Below are positions 26,246 through 39,265 of a stretch of DNA of 64,000 bases, piece after piece. This stretch comes from Kondoa subrosea (taxonomy: Eukaryota). The notes under the pieces are model-generated. The model did no database searches. It was not told the origin of the DNA and saw only the letters and a program-made list of their open reading frames with translations. The stretch lies in the NCBI GenBank assembly GCA_039545335.1, contig BCIN01000003.1:1871941-1935940 (forward strand), in the 5' to 3' direction. Within the stretch, counting starts at the first letter, position 1, and each line of letters begins with the position of its first letter. A program made the translations under genes and the position numbers.

Positions 26246-27884
26246 ATGATATCCAGACGCTGCTTCAGCATTGCGCGAACAGTACAGCGAGAAGCCCCTT
26301 TTCCTCTGCCTCTTGCTGGAATTCGCGTTGTTGATCTGACTCGGGTTTTGGCTGGACCGTAGGCTTTCGGCAATATCACTAACGGATGCTCTGACATGTT
26401 TTCAGTCACTGTACGCAATTGCTAGCGGACCTAGGAGCAGATGTGATCAAGATTGAAGAGTCCAAGAGAGGTGATGATACACGATTATGGGCTCCTCCTT
26501 TCGCTCCTTCTGTTGCTACGCCCGAATCGGAAGAACACCCAGAATGGGACGGTTTACCAGAAGAATCAGCTTATTTCCTAAGTACGAATAGGAACAAGCG
26601 AAGTATTGGTTTGAACCTCAAGCATGAGAAAGGACGAAAGATTGTTCATGATCTCGTACGAAAAGCAGACATACTTGTTGAGAACTAGTGTGTTACTATC
26701 AATCTCCAACGGATGAAGGCTGAAGGCTACAGGTGAAGTCTTCCTGGCAAACTAGCCAAGTTCGGATTGGGCTACGATCAATGCAAAGCCCTCAATCCTC
26801 AATTGATTTATGCTAGTATCACTGGATATGGGCAGACAGGGCCTTACAAAGATCAGCCAGGATATGATGTAGTAAGTCAGTTGTCAGGTCGCAATGCGCA
26901 AGCTTACGATCACACAGATGATACAAGCGGACGCTGGCCTGATGCATTGTACTGGAGAAGCAGACGGACCTCCCACGAAGACGGGTGTAGCTTTGACAGT
27001 TGGTACTATCCTTTCCTTCTCGGTTTAGCTGACAACTTTGTATCAGGATTTGACTACTGGCCTGTATGCATACTCTTCTATATTGGCTGCTCTATACGGA
27101 CGACAGCGATCAGGTCAAGGTGTGCATATAGACGCTTCGCTCTTCGATTGTCAAGTAGGCGGCCATTCTGTGTTCTTACTCAGAATTGACTTTTTCTGTC
27201 AATAGATAGCAAGTTTGGCCAATTTGGCAAGCTCTTGGCTGATAGCAGGCAAAGAAGCAAAACGACAAGGGACAGCACATCCAAGTATCGTGCCATATCA
27301 GACTTTCCCTACCAAAGATGGCAACATCATGATCGGCGCAGGCAACAATGGTCAATTTGTACTCTTTTCCGCTGCTATAGGTCGACCGGAATGGGCGACG
27401 GATGAGCAATACAGTACCAACGCGCAAAGAGTCAAGCATAGGATAGCTCTGATTGCTCAGATCACCGAAGTATTGCAAGAGCGAACAACAGCTGAATGGC
27501 TCGAAGCATTCAAAGGAGTGCCCTTTGCTTTCTCTCCGATCAGTGAGTTTCCTGATATGTGGATCAGGCGCCTTTGAGTGCGATTGCATTAGATAACATA
27601 CAACAAACCTTCGCACATCCGCAGGCTGTACATCGAAGGGTAGCAGTAGACGTCGAACATCCAAGAGCAGGAAAAGTAAGCATTGCTTCGCTCGAATGGT
27701 ACGCACAAGCTGAACCTTTGGCCTGTAGGTCAAGATCTTGAGCAATCCTGTCTTCTACAATGGTAAGAAGCTTCCAATCAAAAGAGCACCGCCCGTACTC
27801 TCGCAACATACAGAAGAGGTTTTGAGCGAGGAAGATTACACTGCAGAGCAGATTACGGAGCTGAGGAGAGAAGGCGCTATTTGA
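26246..27884 (+). CDS. CoA-transferase family III (CaiB/BaiF; SUGCT-like), probably mitochondrial
   Basis: [51 protein letters not shown]...[22 protein letters not shown]. Confidence 0.93.
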
Positions 27885-27988
27885 ATTCGACAAGCAGTGC
27901 CTCTATCTTTTATCGTTCAGGCTATGCTCCGTTATTATTCTTGTCCCTCTATTTTCTCCCTTTTCCTTTCCTCTTATCTATTCTTGCT

Positions 27989-29399
27989 ATGTCTGACAAT
28001 GTTTCCTTCGAGCTCATCTTTATGGGAACTGGTGCTAGCCAACAAATTCCTAACATTAAATGCCTGACTAAGCCTCAACAAAGCTGTCAATCCTGTCTAG
28101 AAGCAGGAAAGAATGTTCGAGGCACGTCCTCTGTTGTTGTGAAGATCATTCGAGTGGATCAGAGCTTCAAGTAAGAAGATGTCTTCTGATCGGGTCAGAT
28201 AATACTGACATCCTTCTCAGAACCATCCTCATTGACTGCGGTGTCTCATTCTACCGTGGAGCAAGGGAGATCTTTCCCAAGCATGGGATTCGCAAGATCG
28301 ATGCAGTCTTGTTGACGCATGAGCAGTAGGCTGTCTCTCAAGTCTCGCTCAGTTGTAGCTGACATTGATCATCAGTGGTGATGCTACCTCAGGCTTGGCG
28401 TCATTGAAGTACTGGATCGAAGAGAACGGAATACAAAACAGCATGTTCGTTTATGCAAACAGCAAAACTTTCGACGAGGTGACCCAGCAATGGCCATTCT
28501 TGCAGCATCCGACCAAGGAACTAAGTGAGTGAACTCTCTTTCCCATCGCGAAGGGAAGCTGATCTCGCAGTAGATTCCAAAGCACTGCCTGCATTCAAAA
28601 CCAGAATTATCGATGACGACACGCCCTTCAACTTATTCGATGCTGTCATTACTCCTCTTCCAGCGTATCACGGTGCGAGGAAAGGCCAGCCCAAAATCTG
28701 CTTAGGCTATCTTTTCGACAAATCTATCGCTTACATGTCGGATTCTAATCTGGTTCCCGATGCGACGTTTGATATTCTAGCCACAAACCCAGCAATACCT
28801 GTACTGGTCACGGAAACGTTGCGTTTGCAGGTAAGATCCGGTATTTCGCTAAAGCAGCCCAAAAATTGATCATTCCGCAGCCTCATCCGAGCCATTTTGG
28901 TTTTCCGCAAGCAGTCGCAACCGCTCGTCGTGTTGGCGCGCACCGGACATACTTTACTCAAATCGCTCACTCGTTCTCCCATCGACAATGGCAGCTGATC
29001 AGTGAACGCTTACAGCTAAGCATGCACGCAAAGAAACCTCTGCCGGTCGAGTATGAAGGTGGGGAGCAAGCTCGTTACAGTGGCAACGCTTTCGCTGCAT
29101 TGATGGATCGGCATGGCTTATCAAAGGATGATATGTTGATGAAAGATTTAGCAAGCGTCAAGAAGATCGATAAGGGAGATGATCCAGCTATCTGCGAACT
29201 AGCAATGGACGAAGTCGAGCGGTTTGAAGGAGGTCCAAAAGAACCTTTGTGGATCAGACCTGCCTACGATGCATTGAGCGTCTGGGTAGATGCGAAGACT
29301 GGAGCTGTTAAAGATGGATACGGCCAAGCGCTTCTTACTAAACTGGCAGTAGGAGAAGATCATAGCGATAAAGCTGCTTTGTACAGTAGACGAACCTAG
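27989..29399 (+). CDS. Metallo-beta-lactamase-fold hydrolase (PhnP-like)
   Basis: FMGTGAS..IPNIKCL...CQSC, ILIDCG, IDAVLLTHEHGDA, YHG, YMSD, HPSHF, IAH, PAYD. Confidence 0.85.
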
Positions 29400-29598
29400 G
29401 GAATCAATGCTAAATGATACGATACATGCGAACGATATTCAATGCCAACAGGTTCCAGAGCTTCATGCAATGGTGAGAGAATCGTGACCTCTAGAGCTGC
29501 AGCTGGATAAAGGGATAGAGACTCGCTTCGGATTAGGCACGACCGAGCTATTGAAACCCTGCTCAATTTAATGACAGTATCGACAACAAGCGGCTGAC

Positions 29599-31122
29599 TT
29601 ACGTCTTCCATTCGTTGGGTGGTTCCCATTCGTCACTAGGTCTGGGCTGCATTCCAGCTTCCTCCCGCTCTTCCTCCTTCTTTTCCATCTGTAAGACCCT
29701 ATCAATAGCCATTTCCGTTACCGCAGCATGTCCTGATAGCTCAAAAGCTGTTTTGTTGAGCACAGGACTGGGCGGACCGGAGCCAAGTGTTCCTAAGAAT
29801 CATCTTTATGAGTCATGATAATCGTATTCAATAGAATGACTAAACCTACGATAAGGATGAAAGCCGCGAGGTCGAGGTGGTGAATTTTCAGGTGATGCTG
29901 GCAAGGTGGAACTCTGCACATAGAGCGATCTGTCTTTGGTTCCACGTCCATCCATACTGATATGTAATCCTTCGTCAGTCAAGTTAGGTGTGATGGGTGA
30001 TTTAGTCGATTCCCAATCTGGAGTGATCAAGGGCAGATTGATTGGCTGATTCTGACGGCGTTCTTCTGATACTTTGAGATGGAAGACAATATGGGCTAGC
30101 AAGATTTGCGTAAGGGCCATAGTTGGAAGCAAATTGATCTAAAAGCCAATTGAAGAGCTGCTCCAATGGGAGTCAAGCAGACTCACCAATTTGTGAAGAA
30201 AAAGGTCGCTTTGAAACACAAGTATGACATTGGAGAAGTTGACTAGGCAGATAGCAAGTACCCAAAGACTTTGGTCTCGCTGCAAAATCGGTACGATGGA
30301 TGAAAAGCTGTTGGCCATCAAGTTGTTTTCGCGATAATAGGTATATGATTTCCAAAGTGTCATGCCCAAGAGTATATGATGAACAATACTCGGCGAGATA
30401 AAGCTGAGGGAATAGACTGTAGCGGATGGTAAAAGGAAACAAATGCTGAAGCTATCATTCAACGAAGAAGATTCGCTCAAGAGCAGAACAGCTAGACGCC
30501 AGTCAGATCAAACCACATAATGGAAATGAAGGAGCTTACGCTGCACATACAAGTTTGCTACGATTTCGATGATCCAACTGCTGCCACAAAGAATCGCTAG
30601 ACCGAAAGCGACACGCGTTGATTGCTGATACAGTGTCCAGACTCGGATAGCCATCACCCATGTGGCCAATGCGCCCACGAACGAATAGCCTTGCGGAGAC
30701 ACACGCAATGTCGAGCATGCTGCGTCTGATCGGCTGACACTTAGCCAAACCGCGCAAACAAAGACTAGCTGGCATAGAGCTGCATATCTACGGTCAACAT
30801 TCAGCTTGAAAGGTGATAGCAGATCGAGAGAGCAAACCTAGCTGTAAGAAACAGAACGCCAGATCGCAAGTAGCTACGGCCCAAAGAGGGCTTCCACAAG
30901 TAAAGGCGTTCTTTGCGAAGGTTGATAACCCAATCATAGATGAGAAGCAAAGCAGCCAGAGCCGTAGCAATGGTGTAAGCTCGTTGAAGTGCAAAGAACT
31001 CCTCGCGAAAAAAAAGTAAACACAGAGCGGTTTCGCGTCATTAAAGTGTAGCAAACCTCGGTGTCAGACAACGTATGGCCATTGGGTAGGTCGTGTGTCA
31101 AAGGAGGGTAAATCTTATCCAT
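29599..31122 (-). CDS. Basidiomycete-type multi-pass membrane protein (GPCR-like/DUF6533-like)
   Basis: Several TM helices; VMAIRVWTLY, ILQRDQSLW..AICLVNFSN, disordered C-terminal tail. Confidence 0.6.
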
Positions 31123-31199
31123 TGCTCGTTTACGAAAAGAAAAGTGGTTTACGTTTTACAGCACGAGCCTCTCTTCTTTGTTCCGCCGATCTGCCGACT

Positions 31200-32449
31200 T
31201 TAGCTGACTTGCTGCAGCGCTTCACACTTCTGCACCACTCTGCACTTGACCGGTTTCTGTAAGCTCCCCAAAGCACATCGCTGCATCTCTTGATAACAGG
31301 TTACAAATTCTGGACCGGTACCAGATACTTCGAAGAGCTTCGTCATTACTCTCTTGGCTGCTGATCGAGATCGTTGATTCCGCAGGTAGGGCTGCATAGC
31401 TTTCTGAGCATCGATGACGAGATTAGGCGGTCTGACAGTATCATAAGCTATGCACATTGCATATAGATAGAGTCTTACAGATATCCAAAGAACTGTTGCA
31501 TAGCTCCATTGATTATGTTTGCTGCTCCGGCCGTCGGTCCTTGAGCCTTCGCAACAATGAGACGAGATTTCGATGCTACGGTGTCGTCGACTTACCTTCT
31601 TGACGCAATCCACTGCTCCCATAGGTCTATTCTCCATCAATAGATTGTTTAGACATAGAGTAAGCGAGACGAAGAGGGTTGCAGATTCGCCTGATGTTGA
31701 TGCTCCGACGCTCTTGAGTGCATTATTGAGTTGCGTACGAGCTTGATCCCGTGAATAGGAAGGTAGGTGATCGTTACCGGCTGTCATAATATGGATCAGT
31801 ATCTAAGGAGATAATTGATCGAGGGAAATAACCTTTGATAACGTCGTTGATTACATTTGGTGGAAGATAGCCAACGAATTGATTAGTCGTTGCCAGATAA
31901 GCCGTCTACTTCTCTATCAGTCTCCTTAGAACCTTTCTGAACGCTGCGACTAACCTGCATAGCTTTCAATGATTTCGTTGAAACACATTGATACCTCAAG
32001 GCATCCTTCTTATCCATCTTCAATACATTACTATAGCAGTCCTTTGCGCTATTGAGGGCGTCCATGACATTAGGCGGACTGTTTGCAGCTACAGAAGTAA
32101 GAGCTTTTTGTAGATGAGAACCGAGATCGTCTTTGTTGATCCTTCGTGCATATACACCAGATGCTGTGCTAATATCAGCTAGTTGATAAGAATTGAGTAG
32201 AGAACAACTGACCATTTCGAATGCGTTTACTTGTATTAGGTGGTATGAGGGGCGCGTATTGCTTCATCACGCTAGCGAAGACATCATTTGCATATACCGG
32301 CCGCTGTGATCGGATGAGCTTGATGATACATGCTAATGTAAGTCACTTACCAATGGCGATGCGTCTAATAGACTGGAGGCATCTGGTGTAGCTTCCGAAG
32401 CTTGCGCTTGTGAGATGAGAAGAATGGAAAGAATAGCTAATAGTAACAT
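31200..32449 (-). CDS. Orphan secreted protein with three ~95-aa helical Cys-containing repeats
   Basis: Signal peptide MLLLAILSILLISQAQA; canonical introns join three PPN-containing repeats. Confidence 0.7.
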
Positions 32450-32897
32450 GATGAATAGTTCAAAGTGTGATTTGGGTCCGAGGAAGAGAAGAGAGCAGCC
32501 GGAGAGCGGTGACAAGCAACAACAACAGCGGAAAACATTGGAAGAAGAACTGCAGAGAAATGCGAAATTTGACTGATGGCAAGTATGCAACCGGAATCAA
32601 AGGCACAAAGATGAAATATAGAGTATATAGGACAGGCAGAGTAGTCTTCCGCGGATCAATGTTGCAACCTCCAAGGAGGAGTCCAAGGCAAAGACCAGCG
32701 AAAATTAATCAAAAGCGACTTAAGGACAATAACGATTCAGGAGCTCATCCAGCTGTGCACCACGAGAAGGTGACAAGGAAAGGAGATGATCTTCAGTCCC
32801 AGAACTGTTAAGTTTAGTACTTAATAGTTGAATATTTTTCCGATTGAACTCTTGCCTTGAGACTTATTCTGTAAAGCTTAAGGGCAAGCAACGAGCA

Positions 32898-33676
32898 ATG
32901 GGAAAGCCAGGAGGTATTCAAGCAGCACGCAAGCTTCGCAGAGACCGAAGAGAGAACAGATGGGCAGACGCAGGCTACAAGAAGCGTGTACGGCATGAAT
33001 CTTCAGCAGAGAAAAAAAGATGCATCAAGCTAATTCATGGGATGGATGTGAACAGGCTTTGGGAACAGCATACAAATCCAGTCCAACAGGAGGATCTTCT
33101 CACGCCAAAGGCATCGTACTTGAGAAAGTCGGTGTTGAGGCCAAACAGCCCAACTCTGCTATCCGAAAGTGTGTGCGTGTGCAGCTGGTAAAGAACGGAA
33201 AGAAGGTCACTGCTTTCGGTGGGTGACGATTCTCGGGTGCAGCCCATTGAAAGGCTTACTCATCGATTTTGTCCACAGTACCAAACGATGGTTGCCTGTA
33301 AGCATGAACTGTTACAGAGCAAGACTATGGCTGACGTTTCCATGAAGAAACTTCACCGATGAGAACGGTAAGTGTCAATCAAGATGTGCTAGATTTAGCT
33401 CAATTCGATTGCATCATTTACAGACGAAGTCCTGATTTCTGGTTTCGGTCGCAAGGGTAAAGCCAAGGGAGATATTCCTGGTGTGCGATTGTTAGTTGGC
33501 TCAATCCGCAGCGAAAAGTTTGGCTGAATTATGATCGTTTACAGCAAGGTTGTCAAGGTATCTGGTGTTGGTCTTCTTGCGCTCTGGAAGGAGAAGAAGG
33601 TAAGGAGCCAGGGGATGATCTTGAGTCTATGCTCATCACACTTCTTCTTGCCTTACAGGAAAAGCCTAGATCATAG
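32898..33676 (+). CDS. RPS23: 40S ribosomal protein S23
   Basis: [13 protein letters not shown]..., [37 protein letters not shown]...KEKPRS. Confidence 0.98.
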
Positions 33677-34239
33677 AGATCCGAGTACTGGATTGCGCAT
33701 TTGTACTCTTTTCGAATGCCATCTACATTCAATCATTCTGTGATTCTCGTCTGCATGCTCGCTCCATCGTCTGCTCGTAAACTCGATGGAATCGGATGTG
33801 TCTTGGTCAATTCCGTTGAGCTGCGTGATCGTGAAATCAGCATAATTCTGGAAAGAGGTTTCGGAACAGTAAGTAAAGCAAAGCTTAACAGTCGCACAGC
33901 GCGCTGTAGCAGCGAAGAATGCATGAAAGATGACTGAACTCCAGCTGACTTTCCTCAAACCAAGCTCTCGCGAATATGCATCTCCTTCAATTAGCGGTAC
34001 AGTGTGGCATCGTCACGTCACATTAGCATTGTAGGTTATAGATTGACACCACATCGGCCTCGTTGCTATCGTCTACACTGGCACTCTCAACACCATCGAC
34101 TCAATTTGAGGATTGCGTAAACCTTGATATAAGACCATTTGCGTTCTCGGATACTCCGATACTCACTGCGGCCGACTGGAAGTGGTCTGCTTCAGGCTCT
34201 CGCGCTCAAACGAGCTCTATAAGTCGTTTCAAGCTAAAC

Positions 34240-36297
34240 ATGGACAACAAACGCAAATCTCAGTCTACGGCCTCGCCTGGTAATGCAAAGAGGCAGCGAC
34301 TGGAGACTCCTACTTTGCGAGATGATGGATCTTCCGGCCTATCCTCTGTTCCAGCGTCTCAAACCTCAAACCAGCCTGACAATGATAGTGATGATTCAGA
34401 TGCACCTCTAGCTGAAGCTACTGCTGTCCCAGCCCAATCAGGTGTCTTACCAGCTGGTAAACGACCTAAAACTTCTTCTTCTTCCGCTAAAACGCCATAC
34501 TCTGGCGCTTACCCATTACCATCCCAAACTTCTACACCTGAACCTTCGTCTTATTCTTCACCTGAAAAGATGAAGACCAGTCAAAAGGGTGTAGGAATGA
34601 GTCGGACTATAGGATTACACAATTCTTTAGCTATGTCAACTGGAAGTTCACCTGAAATATCGCTGGCCAAAGTTCAACAACGACATCGGGATGCATTACA
34701 AGCTGAAGTAGCGGCTTCTCATGAAGAAGAACGATCAGCTTTGGCAGATGCGAGGAGAGAAGTTAAAGCTGAAGAAATGGAAGAAACTTTGGATGCTTTA
34801 GCTAGTGGAATGCCAGTAGATGCAGGAGATGATTCAACTAGTGGGAGTAAAGGACCAGAGAAAGAAAGACCAGCAATAACTGAAGAAAGAGCAAGAATAA
34901 TAGTCTTCACTACAGTCTCCAACTCTGAAAAACCAATCTCTCCCGCAACTCTCATCATCCTTACTGGATTGAAGAATATTTTCCAGAAACAATTACCGAA
35001 AATGCCTAGGGAATATATTGCCAGATTGGTCTTTGATCGGGAACATTGGAGTATGGCTATAGTCAAAAGAGGATATCAAGTTGTAGGAGGAATCACTTAT
35101 CGACCTTTCGAACAAAGAGGGTTCGCGGAAATCGTCTTTTGTGCAATCACAGGGACAGAGCAAGTCAGGGTGCGTCGGATGATTGCCCAACCTCAGCATC
35201 AAGCTGATTCAGTGCCTTTGTCGTTGAGCACAGGGATATGGCTCGCATCTTATGAATCACCTCAAAGACTATGTTCGGGCAGCACATCCAGGCATCAATC
35301 ATTTCTTGACCTACGCAGACAATTATGCGGTTGGCTACTTCAAGAAACAGGTGCGTCTGCTAATGAGCCAGCTGTACCAGCTTACTCGTGTGATTGATGC
35401 ACAGGGCTTTACTAAAGAAGTTACACTGGATCGGGCAATGTGGGCAGCCTACATCAAAGATTACGAAGGTGGTACATTGATGCAGGTCAGTATTGCCATC
35501 AATTATTCACATCGAGTGATTGATTGAAATGGATGTCTGACAGTGCACTATGTTACCTCGAATCAGCTATCTGGAAGCAAGAGAGATGCTAGCAAGACAG
35601 AAGGAAGTCATCATGGCCAAAATCAGACAAGTCTCGAGATCGCATATCGTCTATCGCGGTAGAGACGTCTTTCCGGACGACAGTATCACACAAGTGGATG
35701 CACAGGATGTTCCTGGTCTGAGTATGCCTGCTTGATCAACATGATGTGTGCGAGGCTAATGAGATTCTTAGGGGAAGTCGGTTGGAACCCTGCTATGGAT
35801 GAATTGACTCGAAGACCGCAAAGAGGACCTCAGCATATGATCATGCAACGCTTATTGACAGATCTGCAAGCTCATCCTTCTGCTTGGCCGTTCATGAAAC
35901 CTGTCAATAAGGAAGAAGTCCAAGATTACTATGACGTGCGTCCGGCGTCGCTAGCTTTGATCAATGGGCTGATATATCGCATTACAGGTGATCAAGAACC
36001 CAATGGGCAAGTCTCTTGATTTATGAACAAATTCAAGGGCTAATGCTGATGGAATAGATCTTGAAACTATGGAAACTCGTTTGGAAGCAAATCATTATCC
36101 AGACTTACCAGCTTTCTTGAAAGATGCGGATTACATCTTTCAAAACTGTCTCTCTTACAATTCCAAGGAGTCAAACTATGCAAAGAACGCTATCAGGCTG
36201 GAGAAATACCTCAAGGTCAGTCCCTTCTCTTCGCTGATGGCAGATGCTGATGCTATTACGATAGGAGCGAGTCAAGACATACGTTGAAGAGGTGTAG
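34240..36297 (+). CDS. GCN5: Histone acetyltransferase Gcn5 (GNAT + bromodomain)
   Basis: [65 protein letters not shown]....DYYDVIKNPMDL. Confidence 0.97.
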
Positions 36298-36554
36298 CCT
36301 TGACAGACGGAGAGTATTGCGCTCCGATGAAGCAGTCTTGGATTCAGCATCTTCCAAGCGCAACTGTTCCTGAAAGCCCTATACGGAACTGATCATCTGA
36401 TTGAGTGTACAAATGCATATATCTTCAGCTCTCGAGCAGCTCTTCTTGTCCTTCTCGAGCTTTCGGCAACACCGGCTTCTTGATCCGCTAAGTAGCGTCA
36501 CGAATTCTCGCAGACCTCTCTTTCACCACAAACCACTCAAAGTCTATAACAAAC

Positions 36555-37649
36555 ATGTCTGACGCTCTAAGGTAGGCTCTCAGATAGCTGTCACTGCTCT
36601 CTGCTCACTCCAGCGCGCAGAGAATCCACTGGTCTGTGACCTTTGTCCGAGGTCAAGGCGTGCTTTCGTCTGACATGCGTGTCCTCTCTCTTTCTCAGGT
36701 GACAAGGTTCGCGCATGCTCCTACTATTTGGCTCTTGCGCTCATAGCGTTGCCTACAGCTCGCTCGCAACGTGTAAGCGAAATAGCCTTATTGAGGTTGT
36801 ACGCGTACTTACATCTTTGGCTAGGCAACCTGACTCAACCAAGTCTACCACTGACAAGATCGCTGACTCTGCTCGTGATGCTGTGAGTCATTGAGCACCG
36901 CTCTACCCTTTTCACATGAATCTCTTTGTTTCTGACATCCCGCGCTAGTATGAATCCGTTGCCGGCTCGTATGTTTGCTGTCTCGTAGGCTCGGCAAAGC
37001 TCTAAGTGTATGGTACAGCGTCCAGCCCAACTCTGAGAAGAGCGCTTTCCAATCCGCTTCTGACTCTCTCGGTAACAATGACAAGACCACTAGCGCTTCT
37101 GGCCAAACTTTGACCCAGCAAGCTATGAGCGTACGTTGCGACTCTTTGTCAATGCTGTTTTGGCGCTAATGTCATGTGATAGGCTGTTGGCATGAACCCC
37201 GTATGTCGATATCTTGGATTGTCTTTCTTTTACTCATCTCTTTTTCTTCTCCTTTACTTAGAACGAAGCTGTTGTTCCTCAAATCAGCTCCACCATCTCC
37301 AACGCCATCAACTCAGTGTCTGAGAGCATCCAGGGTACGTATTGATTATGATGATTTCGTTGCACTGGCTGAAGAATTCACATTGTAGGAAGTGCCGCCG
37401 CTGCTTCGAAGGAAGGCAACAAGGAAGTTGCAAAGAACAGCAACGTAAGACGAGCGAGCGACGGATGATTTTGCTTTCTCAATCTTGTTTTTGGCTAGGT
37501 CTCTGTTGGTGATCGCCTCAACGCTGCCGGCAGTGCTGTCAGCGACAAGCTTGACGAGTCTAGCCACAACGCCAAGGTGAGCTAGAGTCGTACTTAATGC
37601 ACGAAAATTTCACTGACTCCGAGCTTAGTCTGAGGCCTACAAGAACTAA
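36555..37649 (+). CDS. Hsp12/Hsp9-like plus Grg1-like fusion stress protein (12 exons, ~161 aa)
   Basis: All 11 introns are GT-AG and in phase: MSDALRESTGDKLARNVQPDSTKSTTDKIADSARDAYESVAGSVQPNSEKSAFQSASDS (Hsp12-like) ... SNAINSVSESIQGSAAAASKEGNKEVAKNSNVSVGDRLNAAGSAVSDKLDESSHNAKSEAYKN (Grg1-like). Confidence 0.85.
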
Positions 37650-37910
37650 ATTTTCGTTTGGATACATCGGGTTGTAACAAGCAAGCTATCATTATCTGTA
37701 TGAGCTACTGAAAAGTTATGCGCAATGCAATGGGAAAGTTTTTTAGCCTGGCACTTCGCTTTCGCCCTTTTTACTTTCTTCACCTCTTCCATATTTTCTC
37801 CTTGTCTTTGGTCTATTTACATCTTGTGCACACAGATCACATTGGTGATTCTTCTGAAGATGTTTAGCCTGATATTACTATTATTTCAATTTGTTCGTAC
37901 TCAACCGAAA

Positions 37911-37944
37911 AGCTCGCAACGCTGAACAGCTCGCAACGCTGAAC
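37911..37944. repeat. Exact 17-bp tandem duplication (AGCTCGCAACGCTGAAC x2)
   Basis: Read directly; intergenic. Confidence 0.9.
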
Positions 37945-38064
37945 TAAACATGTGCAGCTGCCACACTATCGCCGGCACAGTATCGACGTCGATCTAAGTT
38001 GGCTTACGAACAACTTTACGGCGAGACAAGACTATTCAAGTGTTTCTACCACCAGTACAGAATA

Positions 38065-39265
38065 TTAAAAAGATGTTGCCATTAAGTCTAGCACAGGCTG
38101 TACTGCAACTTCAGCGTCCCGCAGCATATCAGCGCCTTGTAATTGTACGCTTGCACGCCTCAATAGCCCCGTTTGCAATTTTCTTTCGAACAGGGCGGCG
38201 TATGCTCTGATGATAGGGTGCAAGGCATGGCCATGTTCGGTCATACACATTTGGTAATCCTTGAGCACATGTTGAATGAAATTGATGACAATCGGGCGCT
38301 CCTGGCTATGTGTCAGTACTGGATGATACAGAATTACCGCTCTAATACTCACTGAAGCGGGGGAACCTCCATCGTTGGGAACCCATCCAGCTATTAGACT
38401 GGTCTGAATAGCGAAGTGAAGGGCCATGAAAATGATGTGCAACTGTTCTTTCGCCCTGACCCCTGGCGTATCGTACTTAATAGTAGTCAGGGAAGAGCTC
38501 AGTGCATTGAGAATGTCGTCAACTCTTGTTGGAGTAGCGAGGATATTTAATATGCTGGGCGGTGAATATTTCTTGAGTGCCGTTGCGAGTTCTCTTCTCA
38601 AGACGGTCTGATTGCCTGGAGAGGAATTCGATGAGTTCACTTCTAGGACACAAAGGGAACGCTAACATACTCCATGTGAGGTTGGTCAACCATTCCGCTT
38701 GCTTTTGGGCAGTAGTCATTTGCGTCGACGATCCAACAGGTGCAAAGGCCACAAGATACCAATGCTGTCCTTCAGTGACCCATTTCCGGAGTTCTTTGGT
38801 CAAGAAGGAACAGAAGATCTTCCAAATCTCTCCAATGATCGGATAAGCTTTCCAGTGTTCAAAGCGCTTAGTCTGCAGGGTTAAGTGTGCCTTGTAAAGC
38901 TCTTCGAGGGACCTGAAAACCTCTCCGGCGTAGACAACTCGATTCATGTTGCGCTTTGAACGGTCCAGATCAACTTCTTGATGCAAGCTCTGGACTGCGC
39001 GACTTACCTCCAGATCGTCAGATGCTCCGGTAACAGGTTTCCAAATGCGACAAGTCTCGATGAATATGCCGCAATCTTGAAAGAGCTCTAATTCGACCTC
39101 ATATTGATATTCAATATCCCAATGTCGTGAATGAAGAGCATCATCAGGTTGTTGGAATTCAAATGACATGACTGTCAAAGCTCTTCTCTTGGCCGCAAGA
39201 GCATACTGATGAAGATGACCGGGGGCTGGAGGATGAGGAGCAGGAAGAGGAGCTTGTCTGGACAT
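38065..39265 (-). CDS. Orphan hypothetical protein (~360 aa, mostly helical)
   Basis: Two long ORFs joined in frame by a GTATGT...CCAG intron (LTW-S-NQTVLRR); a second in-frame intron is likely. Confidence 0.7.

Noticed and set aside
33671..33958. Minus-strand ORF with a signal-peptide-like start
   Set aside because: Starts at TTG, overlaps the RPS23 stop and 3' UTR, and no consistent spliced model was found
34063..34239. N-terminal extension of the GCN5 ORF
   Set aside because: Begins at TTG; the first ATG is at 34240; no evidence for non-AUG initiation
38519..38640. Overlap of two minus-strand ORFs suggesting a programmed frameshift
   Set aside because: A canonical ~55-nt GTATGT...CCAG intron joins them in frame
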